The position numbers and the translations under genes were made by a program. This document shows, piece by piece, positions 42,901 through 54,500 of a DNA stretch of 64,000 nt. Numbering within the stretch: the stretch's first letter is position 1; each line of letters starts with the position of its first letter. Location of the stretch: IMG/VR virus record IMGVR_UViG_3300035395_000183. One strand, written 5' to 3'. The stretch comes from an uncultured virus (IMG/VR IMGVR_UViG_3300035395_000183) (Duplodnaviria > Heunggongvirae > Uroviricota > Caudoviricetes). The notes under the pieces are model-generated. The model was not told where the DNA came from, did not search any database, and was given only the letters and a program-made list of their open reading frames with translations.

Positions 42901-43449
42901 TATGCAATTAGTTATTGAGGATAAAGTATATGATTTAATTGAAATTCCTTATGATACTTATGTTCAGTATACTTATAAAGAAACTATGCCTGAACCACAT
43001 AAGTATTTTTCAGAATTAGAACCAGATGATAATTTTGACTACATGCATTATGCTAATTTTGAAACAACTTATTATAAGTCTATTAAAATTAATAGTAAAT
43101 TTTATTATCCTAAATTAGTAGAAAATGTCGTATAACGAAGTAGAAGGAGATTGGACTATTATACAGCAGATAATTCAAAAAGAACTTAAAGACTGTAATG
43201 TTACAGTCCTAATATACAACGAATAATGATAATTTATTTCACAGAAGAAGATTTAGTATCTTTTGGAGAATACATGGTATCTCCACAACGCACACAAATG
43301 GTTAGAGATAGGCCAAATCCTGATGGTATTCCACTTAATGCAAGGCTTACCATAGTATATGATGCCGATTTAACAAATTGGGCACATTTGGCAAATACTA
43401 ACAAACAAATAGATAATGAAATTAATAACCCTTCTAAAGTAATCAATTA

Positions 43450-43959
43450 ATGATCGTAGAAGTTATAAATAAATCTGCAAATCCATTACCAGTGTATGCA
43501 AAACCTGGGGATGCAGGAATGGACTTAATGGCTGATTTTTCAGAACCAATATCAGATAAATACCTTTATGGAGCTGCTTTCGATGAAGTAAGGCAAGTTC
43601 TATTGATTTTTTCAGGAGGAAGAGCACTAGTTCCAACTAATCTATATACTGCCATACCTGATGGATATGAAGCACAAATAAGACCAAGAAGTGGATTAGC
43701 TCTTAAAGAAGGAATAACCGTTTTAAATACCCCTGGCACAATAGATGCCGGATATCGTAATGCATGGGGAGTAGTATTAATTAATCTTTGTGATGATGTA
43801 TTTGAAGTAAAACATGGTGATCGAATTGCACAAGTAGTTTTAAATAAATTTGAAACAATTGAATGGAATCCTGTATCAGTTTTATCAGAAACAGAACGAG
43901 GCAAAGGTGGTTTTGGACATACAGATGAAATGAAACGTGAAGCAAGTAATGTTAGTTAA
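43450..43959 (+). CDS. dut: dUTPase
   Basis: [26 protein letters not shown] and RGKGGFGHT motifs. Confidence 0.95.
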   Translation: MIVEVINKSANPLPVYAKPGDAGMDLMADFSEPISDKYLYGAAFDEVRQVLLIFSGGRALVPTNLYTAIPDGYEAQIRPRSGLALKEGITVLNTPGTIDAGYRNAWGVVLINLCDDVFEVKHGDRIAQVVLNKFETIEWNPVSVLSETERGKGGFGHTDEMKREASNVS

Positions 43960-44735
43960 AATAACGAAACAATGGGAACAAAATTAGAAAGTTTAGTGAA
44001 GATTTTAGGAGACTCTGTTGAACAAGAAATCTTGGATAAATTAATCTTGGATTATTACATAGATCAAAATGTAACAGATTTTATCACAGATGAAGGTGAG
44101 TATCAAGTGCTTACACAAGAAGAACAAGATGAATTATTATATGATGCAGCCGAAGGTTTGTATGCTGATTATGAATCCAAATTATTGGAATTGATTGAAA
44201 GAATGTATTCACAGGATCGAGAGAAATTAGCAATTCTAGCTCGATCTATTGATGAAGAAAAAGCAATTCAATCAATTGCTAACGAATTGGACTATGAGGA
44301 AGAGTATGGTAAAACAATGATTGGGTCTGATCGTATTTATGCAGTATTTACCAATGAGCATATTTAAAAAATATAGATATTTAGGAATTGTAAGTCCAGA
44401 GGTTCCCGTAACTTGGGAGCCTCTAATCTTAGAAATGCTAGTATCTATTGAAAAACTTGTAAAACCCCGACATTATCCAAGATTTGTTTTGAATTTTTTT
44501 GCGGACAGACATGAATATATCCTTGAACAAAAGGCTTATTTTTCACAGATTAAACAAAAATTTGGTTCATTACGTGTATATGGACAGTATATTCCAGAAG
44601 TGCAAAAAATTATTGATTCTGCGGAATTACTATGTAATAATACCTGTGAATTTTGTGGACGACAAGGAACAAGTCATATCATGGTAAAAGGTTGGGTTAG
44701 AAATTTATGTGGAACGTGTAAAGAGGAGAAGAAAA

Positions 44736-45914
44736 ATGGTATTAATATCTGAGATAGTACTTGTAACAAGAAATGCTAGAGATAAAATCCAAGTAATTAT
44801 TGCTTCTTTAAATCAGGATGGAAATTCATTTTTAATCAATAGAAGTACTGGACAATATCAAGGCAAAATGACAGATCAACCCGAGCTTACAATAGCAAAA
44901 GGTAAAGCAAAACGATCTGTAATACAACAAGCGGAATTAGAATTTAATAGTATTATCAATAAATATATGGATAAAGGTTATAAGAAATTATCAACTTTAA
45001 CTCCTATGAAATTTGATGATATTAAACCATCAGCATTAGATTTGTTAGTACCTAGTATGAAAAGTGACCAAGCAGGTAACTTAAAACCTATGTTAGCAAA
45101 ATCATCTGATAAATGTCAAAACTCTGTTTTACAGAAACCAATGTGGTGTAGCCGAAAATTAAACGGCGTTCGCTGTATGGTTAAATGGAATGAGGAAATT
45201 GATGAACCAATTACTGTAAGTCGCGGAGGTAAAAACTATGATGTTTCTGCTCAAATTATTATAGCAGAATTAGCTGAATATCTATCTGAAAATCCAAACA
45301 TTGTATTTGATGGAGAATTATATGTTCATGGACAATTTCTTCAAAAAATATCTGGGATAGCAAGATTAGAAACTTGGGAACCTCGATGTGAATCATTAGA
45401 GTATTGGGTATATGATTTAGCTATACCTGATAAAACTTTTGAAGAACGCTTAGAAATCCTAAAAGATTTAGAAGAACATTTTAAAGACTCTAAGAAAATT
45501 AAAATTCAAGAGCATGTTCTTACAAATAGTTGGGAACAAATTCAAAGACTCCATGATAAATGGGTATTAGATGGCTTTGAAGGATTAGTAGCTCGTAAAC
45601 CAGATAAAGAATATGAGTTTGGTAAACGTGGCTCTACTATGATTAAAGTCAAAATGTATCAAGAGGATGAATTTGAAATCATTGATTATGCAGAAAAGCT
45701 AAGAGATGAAGACTTTTGTTTTATCTTACAAACTAAAGAAGGAATAGTTTTTGAAGCTAAACCTATTGGAACTCGTGAAATGAAAGCTGAATACATTGAA
45801 GATATGGATAATATCATTGGAAAAATGGGTACTGTAAAGTATTTTGAATTTTCTGAAGACGGAACTCCATTACAAGCAATATTTCAAGCAGTAAGATATG
45901 ATTTGGATAAGTAA
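44736..45914 (+). CDS. ATP-dependent DNA ligase
   Basis: PMLAK, RKLNGVR, FDGELY, FEGLVAR and KVK motifs. Confidence 0.9.
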   Translation: MVLISEIVLVTRNARDKIQVIIASLNQDGNSFLINRSTGQYQGKMTDQPELTIAKGKAKRSVIQQAELEFNSIINKYMDKGYKKLSTLTPMKFDDIKPSALDLLVPSMKSDQAGNLKPMLAKSSDKCQNSVLQKPMWCSRKLNGVRCMVKWNEEIDEPITVSRGGKNYDVSAQIIIAELAEYLSENPNIVFDGELYVHGQFLQKISGIARLETWEPRCESLEYWVYDLAIPDKTFEERLEILKDLEEHFKDSKKIKIQEHVLTNSWEQIQRLHDKWVLDGFEGLVARKPDKEYEFGKRGSTMIKVKMYQEDEFEIIDYAEKLRDEDFCFILQTKEGIVFEAKPIGTREMKAEYIEDMDNIIGKMGTVKYFEFSEDGTPLQAIFQAVRYDLDK

Positions 45915-46221
45915 ACAAGAATATTTACTATTTCTTAAATTATGTCAATTATTAGAAATCGAAGAATATAAAAAATTATGGACATGCCTTATTTAAGTTT
46001 AGTGACTTTTCAATTTTCTCAGGAAGGTAATACTGATGGTTCTACAGGTCTTCCTGAAACGGATGGTTGTGAAGAACTCATTGTAGAAATGCAAAGTGCT
46101 CCAGGTTCACTAATGGATTCTCCTGGTTATTTAGTTTTGCGAACTAGAACTGGATGGAGTATCAATGAACCCGAAGATTTAACATCGGTACTAAAATATG
46201 TAACAAATCTTTTTAAACAAA

Positions 46222-47574
46222 ATGAACAAACCAAAAAATGAAAATTATGCAGCAGTGGTTGTAGAGATTAAAACTCTACTTCCACTTGCTAATTGTGATA
46301 ATGTACAAGCTGCAATTATTATGGGAAACCAAGTAATTGTAGATAAAAGAGTGCAAGCGGGGGCTATTGGATTGTATTTTCCATTAGAAACACAACTATC
46401 AGAGCCTTATTTAAAGGCAAATAATCTGTATAGAAAACCTGAATTAAATGCTGATCAAACTCAAAAAGGTTATTTTGAAGAAAATGGTCGTATTCGTTGT
46501 GTAAAATTTAGAGGAAATAAATCGGAAGGTTTATTCATGCCCCTACAATCTCTTGATTTTACTCCCACGAGCTTTGCTGATTTAAGACTTGGAGATTGCT
46601 TTGACGAAATGGATGGAATCGAAATCTGTAGAAAGTATGTAATTAAAAAACATAATACTCCAGGTACTCCGGGCTCTAAAAAGGACAAACAGAGTAAAAA
46701 GTATGAAAGTAAACTTGTAGAGAATCAATTTAGATTTCATCAAGATACATCAATGCTTTATAAGAATATTCATAGAATTAATCCTGATTCTTTAATTAGT
46801 ATAACTTATAAATTACATGGAACATCGGGAATTAGTTCTTATGTTTTATGTAAGCGACATATACCTATGCGAGAAAAAATTGGAGCATTTTTCCATAATC
46901 TATATACTAATATTACTACATTTGGTAAACAACGTTTTAGGTTAGAAACAACACAATATGACTATTTATTTGCTTCTCGTAAAGTTATTAAGAATGAACA
47001 GCTAAATCCAAATGCGGAACACTTTTATGATGCTAATATTTGGGAATATGCCCATGATCAATTAAAAATGCATCTACAAAAAGGAATGACTTTTTATTAT
47101 GAAATTGTTGGTTATATGCCATCAGGATTAATGATTCAAAAAGATTATGATTATGGCTGTAATGTAGGTTTACATAAAGCATATATTTATCGTATTACTT
47201 ACACAAATACCGATGGTAAAGTATTTGAATTTAGTGCAAAACAAGTTCAAGATTTCTGTAAAAAGAATGGATTAAATGCTGTTCCTCAATTGTATTATGG
47301 ATTTGCTAAAGATTTTTTACACTTTCAAATAACAACAGAACAAGATTCTGAATTTTATTTAAATGATTGGAGAAATACTTTTTTAGAATATTTAAAACAA
47401 CAATATAATGAAAAAGATTGTTATATTTGTAAAACTAAAGTACCTGAAGAAGGAGTAGTTATTCGTATTGAAGAGAATGATTTTGAAGCATATAAAGCTA
47501 AATCAAATGCTTTTTACGAAAGAGAAACTAAATTGTTAGATAAAGGTGAATCAAATATTGAAGATGATAATTAA
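46222..47574 (+). CDS. RNA ligase (Rnl2/DRB0094-like) with N-terminal OB domain
   Basis: KFRGNKSEGL, TYKLHGTS, YEIVG, EEGVVIR and YKAK motifs. Confidence 0.85.
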   Translation: MNKPKNENYAAVVVEIKTLLPLANCDNVQAAIIMGNQVIVDKRVQAGAIGLYFPLETQLSEPYLKANNLYRKPELNADQTQKGYFEENGRIRCVKFRGNKSEGLFMPLQSLDFTPTSFADLRLGDCFDEMDGIEICRKYVIKKHNTPGTPGSKKDKQSKKYESKLVENQFRFHQDTSMLYKNIHRINPDSLISITYKLHGTSGISSYVLCKRHIPMREKIGAFFHNLYTNITTFGKQRFRLETTQYDYLFASRKVIKNEQLNPNAEHFYDANIWEYAHDQLKMHLQKGMTFYYEIVGYMPSGLMIQKDYDYGCNVGLHKAYIYRITYTNTDGKVFEFSAKQVQDFCKKNGLNAVPQLYYGFAKDFLHFQITTEQDSEFYLNDWRNTFLEYLKQQYNEKDCYICKTKVPEEGVVIRIEENDFEAYKAKSNAFYERETKLLDKGESNIEDDN

Positions 47575-48034
47575 AAACTATTAATAATTTATATTATGAA
47601 ATTACAACAACTTTTTACAGTAGAAATTGAAGATGATGATATGTTAGGATATATCAATAACATGCAAGATTGTGATGACTTAGAAAATTTTGATACTTTA
47701 GATGAAGTTCCAGATGAACTAATTTATTATATGCTTGATAGATACCTTGTATTTGAAGAAATCTTCTATGAGGAATATACTTATGAACCTCTTGACATTA
47801 CAATTGTAAAATAATGGACATATTAAATGCAAGACCCGAAGACATGAGCTTCGAGGAATATAAAGATCAACTTAAGTTTCAAAAAGCCTGGATTAAAAAT
47901 CATAAACAAGGCAGATTGTTTTATTTAGCATCAGAAATTTTATATGTTCCGGAAGATACAACAAGACGTTTTGGATATCCTCAAACTTATTCTGGATATA
48001 TTGGCAACACTGCTGAATTAAAATATCCAATATA

Positions 48035-49162
48035 ATGACGAAGATTAGTGCAAAAATAGTTGCGGATAGTATAGATGTACGAGGGAATCGAATTACCTCG
48101 TACATTCTTACTTATCCAAGAATGATCCATGCAGAAGTTATGACGCATAGGATGTTTAGCAGAAATGCAGCAAGCTCACGAGCTATACCATTTGACCGAA
48201 TGATTAAAATGATTAAAGAAGATCCTTTCATTCCAATTGCATGGCAAGAAGATCATCCTGGAATGCAAGGTGTTAAATACTTAGATCCAGGTTTTGCTAT
48301 GCAAGCGAAGCAAGAATGGTTAATAGCTCGTGATAATGCCGTACTTATGGCAGAACAAATGAGCATAAATACTCATGTTACAAAACAACTTTGTAACCGA
48401 TTAGTTGAGCCATTTATGTGGTATACTTGTTTAGTTACTGCAACTGAATATTATAATTTCTTTGACCTTCGCTCACCGAAATATCAATTTCCTTTATTTG
48501 GAGATAGAATATTTAAAAGTAAAATTGATGTTACAAAAGAAACTCATTTTTCAAATTCTTTATCTGATATTGATTGGTTATTAGCTAGTAAATCAGGAGC
48601 AGAAATACATATTCAAGCATTAGCGGAAGCAATGTGGGATGCTCATAATGAATCTCGGCCTCAATTACTAGAACCAGGAGAATGGCATATTCCTTTTGGT
48701 GATAAAATGAATTCAGAAAGTATTGCACAAGCAATTGGATTTAAAACATCAGATTATGATTGGTATAATAAAGAATTGTGGAGTAGAATTAAAATTGCTA
48801 CTGCTCGTGCTGCCCGATTATCGTATTTAACTTTTGATGGTGAAATTAATTATCAAAAAGATATTAAATTACATGATGATTTATTTACAAATAAACATAT
48901 GTCGCCATTTGAACATGCTGCACAATGTATGTCTGAATTACAATATTTTTCATTTGTTAAAGGAGAATATCCTACAACTGAAGACCAATGGGGTATTGTT
49001 AATTATGAAAAGTATCCTATTATTAAAAAACCTATGTTTGAGAATGAAATAATTGGAGAAAATCCAAATAATGGAAATTTGCATGGATGGTGTAATAATT
49101 TTAGAGGATTTATTCCTTATAGATATATAATTGAAAATTCAAAAAATAATATCAATGAATAA
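48035..49162 (+). CDS. thyX: FAD-dependent thymidylate synthase
   Basis: THRMFSRNAASSRAIP, KQLCNR, NFFDLR and HMSPFEH motifs. Confidence 0.85.
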   Translation: MTKISAKIVADSIDVRGNRITSYILTYPRMIHAEVMTHRMFSRNAASSRAIPFDRMIKMIKEDPFIPIAWQEDHPGMQGVKYLDPGFAMQAKQEWLIARDNAVLMAEQMSINTHVTKQLCNRLVEPFMWYTCLVTATEYYNFFDLRSPKYQFPLFGDRIFKSKIDVTKETHFSNSLSDIDWLLASKSGAEIHIQALAEAMWDAHNESRPQLLEPGEWHIPFGDKMNSESIAQAIGFKTSDYDWYNKELWSRIKIATARAARLSYLTFDGEINYQKDIKLHDDLFTNKHMSPFEHAAQCMSELQYFSFVKGEYPTTEDQWGIVNYEKYPIIKKPMFENEIIGENPNNGNLHGWCNNFRGFIPYRYIIENSKNNINE

Positions 49163-49177
49163 AAACGATTTCAAGCT

Positions 49178-49483
49178 ATGTTAGAATCAGGATTAAAAGC
49201 TGATAGATATAATGAAGGAAAACCTAAATGGTCTTTAGTTCATTATGAAAGTCTAGTTCCAATGATTCGAGTTCTTGAATATGGCTGTCTAAAATATGCT
49301 CCATTTAATTGGCAAAAACCAATGGATACAATGGAAATTCTAGAATCAATGCAAAGACATTTAGCTGCATTATTTGATGGAGAAATCTATGATAGTGAAT
49401 CAGGAGTTTCTCATATGGGTCATATTCAATGTAATGCAATGTTTTATAATTATCACATGAACAAAAAGAATAGCAATGAATAG
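49178..49483 (+). CDS. dATP/dGTP diphosphohydrolase-domain protein (DUF5664-like)
   Basis: GKPKWSLV..VLEYGCLKYAPFNW..MQRHL..GE..DSESGVSHMGH..CNAMF. Confidence 0.8.
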   Translation: MLESGLKADRYNEGKPKWSLVHYESLVPMIRVLEYGCLKYAPFNWQKPMDTMEILESMQRHLAALFDGEIYDSESGVSHMGHIQCNAMFYNYHMNKKNSNE

Positions 49484-49946
49484 TTACATATTAGTTGAAT
49501 GGCCAGAAGTTCAAGACTTAATGGAAGAATCATGGTTTAACGATGAAGCTATATTAAATGTTTGGATGCCTAGTGCTTATTTTATTCCTGAAAATCGAAT
49601 TATAAATAATCAATACATTTTAGAAAAATGTGAAGAATTAGCTAAACAACTTGAATCAACTGAAGAAGATGAAACTTATATTTATGAAGAATGGGAATCA
49701 GGAAATCCGTTTGAAGGAGGCATGAATGTCTTTGAATCTATTCTAAATCTAAAACTTACTTTATAATGAAGTGCAAAGCGAAATTTAAATTTAATGGAGG
49801 AAATCCAGTAATGTTGTGCTCACATTGTAGTACAATTATTAAATATTCAAATGTTTTTACTGAGGATGAGTGGTTGGCTGCTAAAGGAGAGAAGAAAATT
49901 CCAGGAGAACTTTGTGATTCTTGTGAAGAAAAACGATTATACAAAA

Positions 49947-50372
49947 ATGAATAATAAGCAAAAAATTATATTATTGAAAGGTTTGCCCGCTAGTGGTAAA
50001 TCAACTTGGGCAAAAGAATTTTGTTTTAGAAATCCAACTTATATTAGGATTAATAAAGACGATATTAGGGATTTATTAGGAAGTCCAGTATTTAATAACA
50101 AATTTGAAGATGCAGTATTAGATATTCAACGCAAAATGGGAATTACTATCCTTGACACTGGAAAATCAATTGTTATTGATGATACGAATTTTGCGAAAAA
50201 ACACTATACTTTTTGGAGCCAAATTGCCTCCGCAAGGGGAATAATAATTGATGTAATAAACTTTGATGTTCCAGTCGAAGAATGTATCGAGCGAGATTCC
50301 AAGCGTGTCAAACCGGTTGGAAAAGCCGCTATTTTGAACATGTATCAAAAATACATTCTAAATAATGAATAA
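49947..50372 (+). CDS. polynucleotide kinase-like P-loop protein (kinase domain only)
   Basis: GLPASGKSTWA, RINKDDIR, VIDDTN and ECIERDSKR motifs. Confidence 0.85.
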   Translation: MNNKQKIILLKGLPASGKSTWAKEFCFRNPTYIRINKDDIRDLLGSPVFNNKFEDAVLDIQRKMGITILDTGKSIVIDDTNFAKKHYTFWSQIASARGIIIDVINFDVPVEECIERDSKRVKPVGKAAILNMYQKYILNNE

Positions 50373-50686
50373 TAATTTTAATCTCAAAATAGATGAATAA
50401 AGAATTAATACAACGTTTATTAGCTTCGAATACAGTAACATCACAAGATTTAAATGAATTTATTTCTCAATATACTTTTAGTAAGTTAAATCGACATATT
50501 ACAGGTGAAGAATTACAAGGAATAAGTCAATTGATTCAGATGGGTATGTTTAATCTTAGATATGCAGTTATAGAAGCTGCTACTGATTTAAAATTAAATG
50601 TTATGTCTGCATTTGATAAAAATGGAAATATTCTTAAAACATATGTTTATGAAGATTTTCCTGAAAAGAAAATTGAAGACTAATAG

Positions 50687-50732
50687 AAAAGGGGAACTTA
50701 CATCATTTGATGTGGGTTCCCCTATTTTTTTT
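50687..50732 (+). terminator. intrinsic terminator ending the early/middle block
   Basis: AGGGGAACTTACATCA-TT-TGATGTGGGTTCCCCT followed by a T run. Confidence 0.8.
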
Positions 50733-50766
50733 TCTTATTTTTGTATTTTATCTTAGATTTTATTTA

Positions 50767-50774
50767 TACTTTTG
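50767..50774 (+). promoter_or_regulatory. Bacteroidota-type -7 promoter element
   Basis: TACTTTTG upstream of the muramidase gene. Confidence 0.5.
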
Positions 50775-50800
50775 TAGATTAAATAATTAAAAATAATTCT

Positions 50801-51511
50801 ATGGAAAATACATTCGCATCATTTAAACCTATAACATTAAATCCTAATCCTTCTAAAGAAGAAATTCAGCAAGAATACTTTAATAGTAATAATGATTACT
50901 TAGATAAAGATATTAGCAGTATATTAGGAATAAGTTTATCTCCTGCAACTTCTGCAACTCCTGCTCCTCAAGAAATTAAATCTGAAAAGAAATATAATAT
51001 TAGGGAGTTATTAGATGAAAATCCTCCGGAAACATTAACTGCTTCTGTTAAGTCTAAAAATACTTCTATAAAGCCTAAAAATAAAAAAGAATTTCTTCAA
51101 ATATATTCTCCAATGGCAGAAGAAGCATCTAAAAAACTAAATATTCCTAAAGACTATTTATTAGCTCAAATTGCTTTAGAAACCGGATGAGGTGAACATA
51201 CTCCTGGTAATAATGTTGGAGGTATAAAAGCATTTGCTTCCTGAAAAGGACCTAAACAAATCCTTAAAACTAAAGAGAAAGGAAAAAATGGTTTAGAAGA
51301 TAGAATGGAACCATTTAGAATGTATAATTCAATAGAAGAAGGTTTTGCAGATTATGTTAATTTATTATCAACTAGTAATAAATTTAAAAGTATCGTGGGA
51401 ATTTCAGATCCATATCAAGCTGCTCAAATTATTGGAAAAAGTGGATATGCCACTGGAGATAACTATGGTACAATAATACAAAATCTAATAAAAGAAGTTC
51501 AACAAATCTAA
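50801..51511 (+). CDS. GH73 (FlgJ-like) peptidoglycan hydrolase (TGA=Trp)
   Basis: Two track ORFs join: LAQIALETG*GE..NNVGGIKAFAS*KG..FRMYNSIEEGFADY..GYATGDNY; TGA at 51188 and 51242 fall at conserved Trp positions. Confidence 0.9.
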
Positions 51512-51526
51512 TGTTTATAAAATAAG

Positions 51527-51571
51527 ATACCCCTCTACTGCTTAATTGCGGTAGAGGGGTATTTTTTTTTT
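51527..51571. terminator. probable bidirectional terminator between convergent gene blocks
   Basis: ATACCCCTCTACTGC-TTAATT-GCGGTAGAGGGGTAT with a T run on + and an A-rich flank upstream. Confidence 0.8.
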
Positions 51572-51573
51572 GA

Positions 51574-54500
51574 TTACTTCTTAAACACTTCAGCAGCACC
51601 AATATTTCTTGTCATAACATCCATAATTTCTCTATCTCCAGAGATAGAATCTCATATATCTGTTGACATTTTTTTACTTCAAGATAAGAAGACAGGTTCT
51701 GTATTAACAGCTCCTAACGTACTTTGTCATACATTATATTCATTTAAAACTTTATTATTAACTCTTCCTGTTAAATTTAATAATGAACCTGATAAACCGT
51801 CAGTACCTTTTTCTGCAATTAATTGATCTATTATAGCTTTCATAATACCAAGCATTATAAAAATTAATCCAGCATCAGCTAAAGCAAATAAAGCACGTCT
51901 ATTTCTTTCTTCACTATTTTTAATATGAGTAAAATCCAATTTTACAACATCACGTAATGTTCCTACTACAGAATACCAAAGTCCTTCATATGGAGAACCT
52001 TCTCATTTCATTACTGGATCTCCTGTATCTTGATCAGTAGTTTCAGTTGTAATTGTTCCATCATCATGTTCAACTGTTTTAAAGTATTGTAATACTTTTT
52101 TACCATCAACAATTAAATAGTCTTGTACAACTTTACCCATAGGACTTTCATCTCTATGTTGTTCATCAATAGGTTTAGCAAATCACATTTTCATTTTTCC
52201 AGGCCAAAATTGCATAAATTGTAATCAGGTCATTCCTCATCACGTATTATTAGCTTGAGATTGAGCATCTTTATCATAATAACCATATGCCATATCAGTA
52301 AAGGATTTCATACTTGTTCTCTCCGTTTCTGAATATGCTTTATTAATTATATCTTTTTCTGAAAAAGTATCTTTACCATATTCTTTATTTAGCATATTTT
52401 GTAATAACAAATATCTTTGACGTTGTTGATTATATTTAACATCATTAGTTGATGCGATAAATTCATTTCCTTTTTGATATTTGTCTCGATTTTTAAAATA
52501 ATATTCAAAACGTTTATCTTTTGTTGGATCATAAGTAAATACTCCATCAACTAATGAATGAGCTTCATAACTTCCATCATGAATCATTTTAGCAAGAAAA
52601 ATCGATAATCTATTATAATAATCAGGAATTGTATTACACATATATAAATATCGACCTGTTCCTCTAAGCATACCTCGTCTATCAGATTGAGATTTTTTTG
52701 CAATAGTATTAACGTCCATATTGGCAAATCTATAATATCTATTTAAATCATCAATTAAATTAAATTCAGATGAAAACTTATTATCAATAGTCATTAACTT
52801 GTGATAAGCTTTAGTTAAATCGCCAATTGTAAATTGATCTTTTCCATAAATTTGAGTAGCAGCTAAAGATATTCCTTTAAATACTCCAATAGTCATTTCT
52901 TTTACTAAAGATGTTATTTTGAAACCTAACATAGCAGGAGTTGAAATTGCTTTAACTAAACCGGCTACTTTAGCAAAATCTTTAAACTCTTCATCAATAA
53001 CTGGTTCATCAAAAATAGATAATTTCATTTGATTAGTAATATACTCTAATTGATTGGAGATATCTTCATTATTTTTACCGGCTGATAATTTCATCCATCA
53101 TATAAAAGAATTAATGATTGGAAGTTTTTTATCATATTCATTTTTTCTAATTTTACTAAAAGCAATTCGATGTGCAATAGTATCTAAATTTCATTCAAAA
53201 TAATTTATTGAATGTTTTTCAATACCTTTAGCTACATACTCAGGAGTTTGTCTAGCATATACATCATACATTTCATAAAATCCTAAATTTTGAGCCTCCA
53301 AAGCTGCCAAATCATCTTTAGTTAATTCACGATTATCAATATAATCATTAAATTCATGAAAATATGATGATAATTTTTCTTTTCAAAGTTTTCCTGGAGT
53401 AGTAAAGATATCACCAAATCTAGTAACTTCTTCTCTTCTAATTAATGGCATTCTAAAATATTCTTCACTTTCTAAAGCATCTTTTATTTTATTATTAGTC
53501 ATTAATGATTTTATATTTTTACTATCTAACTTTGCAATTTCTGAATCTGGAATTTGTAATTTATGTGCATTTATAATTAACAATAAATTTTGTAGGTATT
53601 CTCGCTCATGATCCTCTAATGCATTAAGATTATCTAACACATAAGGATTTTTAGTTCTAAATTCTTTAGATACTTTTTGATTTATATCATGTAATCATAA
53701 ATTTTCATGCTTTGTTTGAGTTTCACCAATAATATTACGAGAAAATCCACTGAAATTAATTTCTTTATAGAATTTTTTAGTATTTCAAGCAATTTGTTCT
53801 GATGCCTTCAACATTTTTTCTCCAATATGTTGATTTGTCATAGCCATAATTTTATTAATACTATGTAAATCTTTTGATGCTACTCAATCTGGAGTAGTTC
53901 ATAACAATCCCTGAGTAATTCCTTGAATACGTTGACGTTCTTTATTATATTTTTCCTGATGATCACTAAATAATACGGCAATTAAACTTTTGAAATCAGA
54001 AAAACCTAAACTATATTTAGACATTCGTTGATAATCATCAGCAAATTCCATTTGACCTTTTGAAGCAATAACTACTTGTAAAAGTGCAATTAGTACTTCT
54101 TTTGGATCATTGAAATCAACTACTCCTTTCATTGTTTTATCTCGATATCCAACAAATCCAGGGGAATTAAACAACTCTCTTTGAACTTCAATTAAAGCTT
54201 CTACATCTAATAAATCTAAATTTGTATCACTAATATTTTTAAAAACTCTTTCAACATCTTCTTTATTTGTTCCATTAAAATTTCTTAAATTAGTAGTTAA
54301 GTTATATAAAGCAATATCCTCAATTGAAGCTACATTTTTTTCACTTAATTTTAATTCTTTTCTTAATGATTCTTTTAAAGACATTTGTTCTTTAAATTCA
54401 ACAAACTTACTAAAACAATTTTTAGGATAAGTTTGCATATTTAATGGATTATAAATTATAATTTGTGCTATTTTATCATTTTTAACAGAAACATCTGATG

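Noticed and set aside
1..50700. Whole-genome code 4 or code 25 (Mycoplasma- or Gracilibacteria-type host)
   Set aside because: Long early genes avoid in-frame TGA completely and some end in ATGA overlaps; TGA aligns with Trp rather than Gly; promoters look Bacteroidota-type.
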